Positions 56,557 through 64,000 of a stretch of 64,000 nt of DNA are shown here, one piece after another. Source of the DNA: an uncultured Bdellovibrionales bacterium. Its GTDB lineage: Bacteria; Patescibacteriota; Minisyncoccia; Moranbacterales; UBA1568. The translations under genes were made by a program, and so were the position numbers. Under the pieces are notes generated by a model. The model ran no database searches and had not been told where the DNA came from. It was given only the letters and a program-made list of their open reading frames with translations. Where the stretch lies: positions 39,828-103,827 of the forward strand of contig CAZIZG010000001.1 of assembly GCA_964543815.1 (NCBI GenBank), in the 5' to 3' direction. Within the stretch, counting starts at the first letter, position 1. Every line of letters starts with the position of its first letter.

Positions 56557-56611
56557 AGAAAGTCTATATAACAAAGCCAGGATAGCAGAAAAATGACGTT
56601 CTGCCAAACCC

Positions 56612-57541
56612 CTATTTGAGGCGTTTGAGCTGCCGTTCAAATGACTCCTGATCCGAGCGATTGAGCGCATCCAGAATAAGCGCATTGGAAAAAGTCATCA
56701 GCGAAAGCACCATAAGACCCGAAGCCAAGATAGCCGAGGGCACTTTGGCAATATAGCGTGTCTCTAGAAACTCTATGATAACAGGCAATCCCACTGCCAC
56801 CCCTGAGAGGAACAGTCCCAACGCAATCAGACTGAAATAGCGAAGCGGGTGAAGAAACCGGTACAGATTGAAGATAGTGAGGATAACCCGAGCACCGTCT
56901 CGATAGGTATTAAGCTTTGAAATACTTCCAGCTGGACGATCACGATATTCAATTGGCACTTCAACAATACGAAAACGCCGATTGAGGGCAAAGATGGTCA
57001 TATCCGTTTCAATTTGAAATCCATCAGAAAGTGCTGGGTACATGGCGACAAAGCGGCGGGAAAACACCCGATAGCCACTCATGATATCACAGAGTTTCGT
57101 ATGATACAGACGATTAATCAGAAAAAGTACTAAGGCATTACCAAATTCATGAAATCCCCGTTTGTTCTCTTTGGCATACGTCCCGTTCGACAATCGATCC
57201 CCCACTACCATATCACTCCCACCCTGAGCAAATTCCAAGAGCCCCTGTACCTGTTCAGCCGGGTAGGTATCATCTCCATCCACCAGGACATACCAGTCTG
57301 CCTTGATATCCCGAAACATGGAACGTACCACATTGCCCTTCCCTTGCCTTGGTTCATGCCGCACTATCGCCCCGGCTCTCTGCGCCTTCTCAGCCGTCTC
57401 GTCACTCGAACAATTGTCATACACATATACCTGTGCCTCGGGAAGCACTCGCCGAAAATCTGCTACTACCTTATCGATAGTAGCTGCCTCGTTGTAGCAC
57501 GGGATGAGTACGGCTATAGAATTTAACGGCATACTCATCAT
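56612..57541 (-). CDS. GT2 polyprenol-phosphate glycosyltransferase-like
   Basis: IPCYNE, QGKG, DGDDTYP, SGYR, YRDRP.GS.SKL; two C-terminal TMs. Confidence 0.9.
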   Translation of the reverse strand: MMSMPLNSIAVLIPCYNEAATIDKVVADFRRVLPEAQVYVYDNCSSDETAEKAQRAGAIVRHEPRQGKGNVVRSMFRDIKADWYVLVDGDDTYPAEQVQGLLEFAQGGSDMVVGDRLSNGTYAKENKRGFHEFGNALVLFLINRLYHTKLCDIMSGYRVFSRRFVAMYPALSDGFQIETDMTIFALNRRFRIVEVPIEYRDRPAGSISKLNTYRDGARVILTIFNLYRFLHPLRYFSLIALGLFLSGVAVGLPVIIEFLETRYIAKVPSAILASGLMVLSLMTFSNALILDALNRSDQESFERQLKRLK

Positions 57542-58923
57542 GGTTCTGGATTTCTTACGTATATATCCTTCACGTCTTTAGCCTTAGTATACCACTCTGC
57601 GATATCAGGGTGTTTCATGTAGAGAAAAGAATTGGAGATAATTTTCGGCTTTTTTTCCCGAATGAGCCGATATGGTTCATACTCGTACGGTCGCAGGATT
57701 CGATACGAAGAAAGCACGCCCGTTTCCGGCTTCACCGAGAACCAGAAGTAGTCCAAATCATGTCGAAAAATGTTAAATTCAGCGTCTCCATCATAAACCA
57801 AATCATTTGGCGTAGTATGATCAAGCACATACTGCACCCTTTTAAGCTGTGAGGTATTATCCTCCCATTCACGCGCCATGGCATAGCCGGTACCACATAG
57901 GGAAACAACCACAAGAGCATACGCTCCATACTTCCATCTCTCAGAACTAAACAGACTCTTAAGTACCTGGGCAGCCACCAGTGCCACAAACGGCAGAGAC
58001 GGCAGATAGTACTGAGGAAACGGTGATTTGGTGGTAAAAATGAAGAGAAGTAATCCCAAGGCAAAATACACAAAAGGATTAAATACTCGCTTCCAAAGAC
58101 CCTTCCCAACCCCAATAGCAAATACCCCCCAAAGGACAGGGTTTTCCTGAAAAGATTGTTCAAGATACTGGGTAATAGGAAAAGTGTTTAAGAGATGCAT
58201 ATTGATTTCCCAATTCAAAAACAAATACTCTCGTAATCCAAACACCAAAGAAACAAAGAGAAGAGAGGACAAGAGAAGCCCACCAAGCACTCCAGAAAAA
58301 ATAAAAACCTCCCGCCAAGACATTTGTCTTCTTATGACTTGATAACAAAAGAGCACGGCAAAAAGAATCATCAGGAAGACCGCCTTCTGAAGAAAAAGAA
58401 ATGCCACAAAAACAGCCACCGCACTCAAAACAAGATCACGTATCTTCCGATTTCGAAAGTAGCGGAGCAACCAAAATACAGAAAGAAGCTCAAAAAAAAC
58501 AAGTGGCACATCCGGTCGAATTTCAATCGCCTTTTCAAAAAACGTGACTGTGGTAACGAGTAGAAGAACAGCCAGGAGCGCCGCGCATTTTCCCGATATC
58601 ATATGCGCTAAACGATAAACCGTCATAAGACTCCCCATGAAAAAACCAAGCGAAACGAAGCGAGCAGCAAAAATCACTGCTGTCCCCTCATTAAAAACCG
58701 AGAACAGTGGTGATAACAAAAAGTAGAGAAGAAAATGATGCTGCTGAAGAAAATCACGATAGATGAGTTCACCGGCATGAATTTTCCAAGCAGAATGGAG
58801 TGCTTCAAACTCATCGTGATCGAATTCACGAAAAAAAATACTCCCCAGAATAACGAAGGCCAAAATCAAAAAAATGCTGTACGGCCAACGCGGAACAACC
58901 CAGGTTTTCCAAATATGTTGCAT
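57538..58923 (-). CDS. GT-C glycosyltransferase
   Basis: DHDEFEALH, YRDF, EIRPD, QYY; many TMs. Confidence 0.8.
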   Translation of the reverse strand: MQHIWKTWVVPRWPYSIFLILAFVILGSIFFREFDHDEFEALHSAWKIHAGELIYRDFLQQHHFLLYFLLSPLFSVFNEGTAVIFAARFVSLGFFMGSLMTVYRLAHMISGKCAALLAVLLLVTTVTFFEKAIEIRPDVPLVFFELLSVFWLLRYFRNRKIRDLVLSAVAVFVAFLFLQKAVFLMILFAVLFCYQVIRRQMSWREVFIFSGVLGGLLLSSLLFVSLVFGLREYLFLNWEINMHLLNTFPITQYLEQSFQENPVLWGVFAIGVGKGLWKRVFNPFVYFALGLLLFIFTTKSPFPQYYLPSLPFVALVAAQVLKSLFSSERWKYGAYALVVVSLCGTGYAMAREWEDNTSQLKRVQYVLDHTTPNDLVYDGDAEFNIFRHDLDYFWFSVKPETGVLSSYRILRPYEYEPYRLIREKKPKIISNSFLYMKHPDIAEWYTKAKDVKDIYVRNPEP

Positions 58924-59044
58924 GATTATATTTTAGCGCGAATAAGGGAAAATTCAATACCAGACGACCAAATAGCCCCTCTATCGATTAAGGCCAAAAT
59001 ATGTTACCCTGGGAGCAGCTTTAAATTTAAACTATCGTATTTTT

Positions 59045-59701
59045 ATGAGCACAGGGTCCCGAATAGATTTTTCCAAGGATGAAGTACTCCGTACCATCTA
59101 CCCCTACATCAAGAACAAAGACGTGCTCGATATCGGCTGCGTAGAGCACACTCTCAACGTCAAGCACAAAGAACGCATCTGGGTCCATGATTTCCTCAAG
59201 GAACACGCTCGATACGTCACTGGTATCGATATACAGCAAAAAGATATCGAGACACTGCAGAGCCAAGGATATGACGTCTCATGTCAAAACGCTGAGAATT
59301 TTCATTTCGAAAAAAAATTCGAGGTTATCTTTGCCGGTGAACTCATCGAACATTTGAACAACCCGGGGCTTTTCCTTGAAAACTGTCGCCAACACCTCAC
59401 TGAAAATGGGATGCTTATTGTTACGACACCAAACGCATTTAGTATCACTCGTTTCCTACACATCCTCAAGGACGGCACTAACGACCCGGTTGTCAACGAT
59501 GAGCATGCCTACTGGTTCTCCCCCACCGTATTACGACAACTCTTTGCTCGTTACGATCTGACTATCGAACACGCTCTGTATGCTCATTATCCACAGATTT
59601 CGCCCCGCTTCGAACATCGGATTATCAGTTTTCTGTGTGGTATTTTCGGAAAAAGATTCAAAGAGGTACTCATCGTCACAGCAAAGGTGGGCCAAAAGTA
59701 A
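59045..59701 (+). CDS. Class I SAM-dependent methyltransferase
   Basis: VLDIGC, GID, AGELIEHL.NPG, TTPN. Confidence 0.88.
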   Translation: MSTGSRIDFSKDEVLRTIYPYIKNKDVLDIGCVEHTLNVKHKERIWVHDFLKEHARYVTGIDIQQKDIETLQSQGYDVSCQNAENFHFEKKFEVIFAGELIEHLNNPGLFLENCRQHLTENGMLIVTTPNAFSITRFLHILKDGTNDPVVNDEHAYWFSPTVLRQLFARYDLTIEHALYAHYPQISPRFEHRIISFLCGIFGKRFKEVLIVTAKVGQK

Positions 59702-59707
59702 TAAACG

Positions 59708-60052
59708 CTACTTTTTTGCACTCTTTCTCTCACGTTCCTCAAGGATGGCTCGCAGTACAGCCATGCCGAAGAAATAGTACGCGTAGACAGCGAACTCCTC
59801 AGCTTGTTCGGGGCGTTTAAAAAAAAGCAGGAGCGGAACGAATGAGAAAAAAATCAAAGTTATCAATGCTAAGTAACGACTGGCGATTGGTCCAAGGAGC
59901 GACCAGAGAAAAAAAAGGAACAAGAGAATTTCAACCGCCGTCCAATTAAAATAGAGACCAAGGCCAAGGCCAATCACGAGGTAGAGTCCCTCCCATTTCT
60001 TGGAAAGAATTTCTGATTGAAACTGTGCAAAATTGAATTTTGACTGATTCAT
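59708..60052 (-). CDS. Small multi-TM protein
   Basis: About 4 hydrophobic helices; AEEFAVYAYYF; start set at MNQSKF. Confidence 0.65.
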   Translation of the reverse strand: MNQSKFNFAQFQSEILSKKWEGLYLVIGLGLGLYFNWTAVEILLFLFFLWSLLGPIASRYLALITLIFFSFVPLLLFFKRPEQAEEFAVYAYYFFGMAVLRAILEERERKSAKK

Positions 60053-60078
60053 ACTCTTTTTGCCATGTGTGTAAATTG

Positions 60079-62256
60079 TTAGCGTTCCTTCTTTCTGCAT
60101 ACCCTATATAGCCCTAAACAAACTGCGATGAAGGCAAGACCAGAGACAAACTCTCCAATAGCCAAGTAACGCTCGGGAATAAAATAAAGTACTATACTGC
60201 CACCCTCTAGATTGCGATCAATTTCCCAAGCATTAGCATAGCGTACCGACCAATCGCGATTGAGAGACACGATGTCCCCTGTATCAGATCGATACTCTGC
60301 CTGCCACAGTGGGTCAAATCGTTCACTCTGAAAAATGGTTTGTCCAACCTGAATTTTTTTTACCGGAAGTTGGAGACGCTGCTTATTCATTCTCACAAAA
60401 GGTATGGCTCTTTGGTCTTGCCAAAGCATCTCCGCTCCCTCAGTTATCAATTCCGATGTCAGCACTACCGATGGCACTTTTGATACCTGATACACTGGAG
60501 GAAACAACCGATTTTGAGCAAGCCGATACAGCGTAATCGTATCAGTATCAGCTACACGTACCAGTTCTCCCGACTGTTCGAGTGAGTTAATAGCGTCTTG
60601 AAAATCAGCGAGACTCTCAGATTTAACATCCCTCTGATACAAAACGTACTTCACTCCCAATAACCCATAGAGATGTGTAATCCAACGAGGGTCTCCTTCC
60701 CTCTCAAAATCTTTTCCAAATTGCCAGTCAGGCAAATACCTATCGTACGTCTCAAGAAATGAATGGCGTGACAGAGCGTGCATCGGGTGTGGACCATTTA
60801 CTTTCCAGGCAGGCAGACTCACTCTGCCCACACTTGAACCTGGTGAATACGGGAGCATCGCTATTTTGAATTCGTCACTATCCTGATTGAGAATATCAGC
60901 GATAAGAAAATAATCATCCGGAATCTTTACCAGGGCACTCTGTTTGGCAAGTTCAAAGTTTTTCGCTTTCTGTCCTGAAAGGATATAGCTCAGTTTTGTC
61001 TGTATGCCACCTCCAAAAAACGGCAGGCCGCAAGCGAAAACCACCAAACCAAAGAAGAGGAGCATGTGTCTGAAATATTTTCTTCCCTCCCAGACTAAAA
61101 AGGAAATCAAAAGTAGGACGCTCATTATAAACGGGACAAAGGTCGCCATCTTATCCCAACCACGCAAAGTATTCATTCCAGGCAATTCAAAAAGAAAAGC
61201 ATTAAGCATCTCGAATGGAAAACGCACTCGTGCTACCAGAATAATAAACACGAGGAGTATCAATGAAAAAACCACCCTGTACCTTCGGTGCGATTGCTCC
61301 TTTGGATACCAGAGCCAACTCAATAACACCAACAGAAACGGAACAAAAGTAAGAATAATAATACCTGACTTAAGAAACACCAGGATGGGATAGGGAAAAT
61401 TACTTGGAAAATACTTGCTTTGTTCACTCGTGGGCAGAAGTCGTACTGTATCAAACACAGCATTTGAGGTCTTTCTCAATCGCTCACCCAAATCGACATA
61501 CTCCGAAGTATACACATTCTCAATACCAGAACGCATCTGAGGGAAAAGCGGAAAGAGCCAATACAGATTGAGCACCACAGCTCCAATACCAACCAAAAGC
61601 AAACGACGGAGCAATGCCCCATCACAAGGAACCAAATGAAAAGCCACGACACTTATTGTCAGAAAGAAAAAATAAATTCCTAAAGCAAGGGCAAATGCTG
61701 GATTTCCAAAACTGCCCGAAGCACAAAAAACAGTAAACAAAAACCACAAAAGCATTCGATAGCTCTTTCGTTCACTCAAAGAACGTAGGTACAACGCCGT
61801 CAGAACAGGAATAAAAATGTAGATAACCTGATAGTGTGAGTATCCCCAAGTAGCCGTAAAAACATACAGGGTAAATGGATTCAAGGCATAGAAAAGCGCC
61901 ACCAAAAATCTAACCAAACGAGAAGTGGCTGGAAATAGAATTTGCACAAAGATAAGAAACGAGCTATAAGCACCTACCAAAAACAAACCCAGATACCAGG
62001 TAATTTGAGTCGTATTAGAGATTCCGATACGATCAAGAAAATAAAAGAGGCTATAGAACAGAGAAACACGGCCAGACCAATCATAATGAAACTGAAAAAA
62101 ACGCTCCGCCATATTAATGGGCTGCAGAATGTCAGCTCCAAGTATGATATGACCGTCAGGAAATCGATTCACATAGAGTACTCCGAGCAAAATAAAAAAT
62201 CCCAATCCCTCCCAGGAAATCATACGGCGAAAGATTTCTTGTATTCGCTCAATCAT
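60079..62256 (-). CDS. Large polytopic GT-C-like protein (AftD/YfhO-like architecture)
   Basis: LGAD after TM1; ALFYALNP; R...K motif; LLGVKYV; ERFDPLW...YANAW; terminal TM. Confidence 0.7.
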   Translation of the reverse strand: MIERIQEIFRRMISWEGLGFFILLGVLYVNRFPDGHIILGADILQPINMAERFFQFHYDWSGRVSLFYSLFYFLDRIGISNTTQITWYLGLFLVGAYSSFLIFVQILFPATSRLVRFLVALFYALNPFTLYVFTATWGYSHYQVIYIFIPVLTALYLRSLSERKSYRMLLWFLFTVFCASGSFGNPAFALALGIYFFFLTISVVAFHLVPCDGALLRRLLLVGIGAVVLNLYWLFPLFPQMRSGIENVYTSEYVDLGERLRKTSNAVFDTVRLLPTSEQSKYFPSNFPYPILVFLKSGIIILTFVPFLLVLLSWLWYPKEQSHRRYRVVFSLILLVFIILVARVRFPFEMLNAFLFELPGMNTLRGWDKMATFVPFIMSVLLLISFLVWEGRKYFRHMLLFFGLVVFACGLPFFGGGIQTKLSYILSGQKAKNFELAKQSALVKIPDDYFLIADILNQDSDEFKIAMLPYSPGSSVGRVSLPAWKVNGPHPMHALSRHSFLETYDRYLPDWQFGKDFEREGDPRWITHLYGLLGVKYVLYQRDVKSESLADFQDAINSLEQSGELVRVADTDTITLYRLAQNRLFPPVYQVSKVPSVVLTSELITEGAEMLWQDQRAIPFVRMNKQRLQLPVKKIQVGQTIFQSERFDPLWQAEYRSDTGDIVSLNRDWSVRYANAWEIDRNLEGGSIVLYFIPERYLAIGEFVSGLAFIAVCLGLYRVCRKKER

Positions 62257-63674
62257 AAATGTTTGCTTTTACTGATTCTAGCATGAACGTTCAGCTGTTC
62301 GAGCGAAAATGACCCTGTCTTTTTCTCATCTCCGATGTAACGTATTCGCACAAAAACAACTCTCGTCTCCCGCGATCCAGAAAGGGACAGCCTAAATCGA
62401 TTGGGTTGGCCCGCATCACGTATCGTCAGTACGGGAAGCCAAGACGCATTATCATAGGAATACTCAAGCATCACATCATTCTTGGTGCTTCCTGATTGTG
62501 CCTCAAGAGCAAAGCGCTCGAATGGATACAGGGTATCAAATCGATAGGTAAAATACTCATCCTTTTTTCTAGCTCCAACGACTCGTTTCTTTTTCAAATC
62601 AAAGCGAACTTTTTGGCCCAAACTGTACAAGTTCAAAAAATCGTCTGGCTTGTTTTGGATACCAAATGAATAGATAAGCTCATTACCCACATCTTCGAGA
62701 CGTGCTGAATTGAGTATGAACCCTTCATTTTGAGCCATAAATACCCAATAAACTACAGCCGGTGAATTTTCATAGGCCTTAAGCAAAAGCGTGCTCAGCG
62801 ACACGTCTGGGGCTACTGTTTCAAAAACGAGTCGGTATCGTTCCCCTTTTTGAAGTGGGTAAAGAAGCGGCAATCGGTAGCCCCCCGTTGGCAATCGGGT
62901 ACGTAAACGTGCAGAAGTATCAAAAGTCGCTCGAACAAGGATGGTATCTGGCGACAAAGAGCGTTCCTTATACAAGGAAAAGTATCCCTCTATTTGAGAG
63001 AAATTTTCCGGGATACCAAGAGCTGATATCGCATCCCCTCGTGCCTCAAAGGACCAGGAAACCCCTGTCTTGCCACTGGTGGTATGCGACACCTCTGAGA
63101 GCGTCTCATTTCCTGAGGACGCTAATCCAAAGCGAGTTGGATGCAGCCGTCTCGCCAAAGCGGTACTCTCAATATCCAAACGAGTTGCGAAAATTGATGC
63201 CACATAAACCTGTGATTGTAACCATTGTGTCTGAACAGTGCTTGCCTTGGCATCATGGAGACGCAGTATCACGTCATCACTCCGACTTGGCACAGAAAAT
63301 ACCACTTCGTGATACAGCATATCCTTCGAAGGAATAAGAGTGATGCTTCCCACAATCATCCGCTCCCCTAGGGTCGATTGCAATATGACATCAACGGTCT
63401 GTTCTGTATGTGATTGAGCCACAAACCCCAGTCGAAAAACATCTCCATCCTTAGCCTGAATCAGATGTTCGTATACTTTTTCCGGGGTCAGCGTAGTCAG
63501 AGTTGGCTTCTCTGATATCGCATTCTCATCCTCTTGTTCCAATCGATTCTGATTCAATCCCTCATAGTTTAATATATGTCCCTGATAGAAAAAGACTGCG
63601 ACAAAAACCACCAGCATCAGACCAGAGGAACGCGGGATCGTCCACCATTTTTTCACATCAGAAAACCACATCAT
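62253..63674 (-). CDS. Membrane-anchored beta-rich extracytoplasmic protein
   Basis: N-terminal TM; LEYSYDNASW motif; start set at MMWFSD. Confidence 0.65.
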   Translation of the reverse strand: MMWFSDVKKWWTIPRSSGLMLVVFVAVFFYQGHILNYEGLNQNRLEQEDENAISEKPTLTTLTPEKVYEHLIQAKDGDVFRLGFVAQSHTEQTVDVILQSTLGERMIVGSITLIPSKDMLYHEVVFSVPSRSDDVILRLHDAKASTVQTQWLQSQVYVASIFATRLDIESTALARRLHPTRFGLASSGNETLSEVSHTTSGKTGVSWSFEARGDAISALGIPENFSQIEGYFSLYKERSLSPDTILVRATFDTSARLRTRLPTGGYRLPLLYPLQKGERYRLVFETVAPDVSLSTLLLKAYENSPAVVYWVFMAQNEGFILNSARLEDVGNELIYSFGIQNKPDDFLNLYSLGQKVRFDLKKKRVVGARKKDEYFTYRFDTLYPFERFALEAQSGSTKNDVMLEYSYDNASWLPVLTIRDAGQPNRFRLSLSGSRETRVVFVRIRYIGDEKKTGSFSLEQLNVHARISKSKHL

Positions 63675-63681
63675 ACGTTCG

Positions 63682-64000
63682 TCAATTTTTCTCCGGGAAC
63701 CGCTTCGTTGCTTCAAGAACAATATGAATAGAGAGGAGTGATCGCAAAAAAGGAAAGAGTTCTGCAAGTACTCCAAAAAGAAATAAGTTCATCGCCCCAT
63801 GAGATGCGCTCACGTGATATCCCGCGTTCGCAAGCAGTTGCCTAGCCGAAGCAAAAGTATAGAGATGCAGGTGTGTTCGATCCAACACCCCGTAATCCGT
63901 ATAGTTAAATTTTCCGAAAAGCAGGTTTAAACGCACCCTCCAAAGCGCAACATTAGGCAAAGATACAATAATTTTTCCCCCAGGCTTCAAAAATGATTGA
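63682..64000 (-). CDS. Class I SAM-dependent methyltransferase, C-terminal part (runs off the window edge)
   Basis: LKPGG.IIVSLPN...R..LLFG.F.Y...G.LDRTHL. Confidence 0.8.
   Translation of the reverse strand, partial: QSFLKPGGKIIVSLPNVALWRVRLNLLFGKFNYTDYGVLDRTHLHLYTFASARQLLANAGYHVSASHGAMNLFLFGVLAELFPFLRSLLSIHIVLEATKRFPEKN

Noticed and set aside
1-64000. Alternative genetic code (TGA as Gly, as in Gracilibacteria/Absconditabacteria)
   Set aside because: prfB is intact and several clear genes end at TGA at the expected family length.

Overview
A 64-kb chromosomal segment with the gene repertoire and style of a Patescibacteria/CPR (Parcubacteria-like) genome, read in the standard bacterial code (prfB present, TGA used as stop). 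The taxonomy is inferred from style, not proven. The left third holds core genes (frameshifted prfB, ftsE, ftsX, gltX, priA, def, fmt, groES, an S41 protease, an M23/EnvC-like peptidase, a DsbA-like protein, tRNA-Thr and tRNA-Gln). These are interleaved with small, GC-richer orphan cassettes that each have their own sigma70 promoter, Shine-Dalgarno (SD) and terminator, whereas the core genes lack an SD. From about 28 kb to the end lies a 36-kb surface-glycosylation locus (GT2s, GT4s, about six GT-C-like membrane proteins, LCP, a WaaL-like ligase, two nucleotide-sugar dehydrogenases, flippases, methyltransferases). The best candidate for a new system sits inside this locus: GT4 - ~170-nt structured non-coding element - divergent RtcB-fold ligase - TMK-like kinase - Wzx-like flippase. 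It suggests RtcB chemistry repurposed for phosphodiester-linked glycans or for RNA-glycan conjugation. Other notable signals are an intact tRNA-Thr nested inside a second, broken tRNA gene, and a ~430-nt highly structured intergenic region containing a perfectly symmetric dif-like site. All base-pairings and motifs were read by eye; no searches or folding programs were run.
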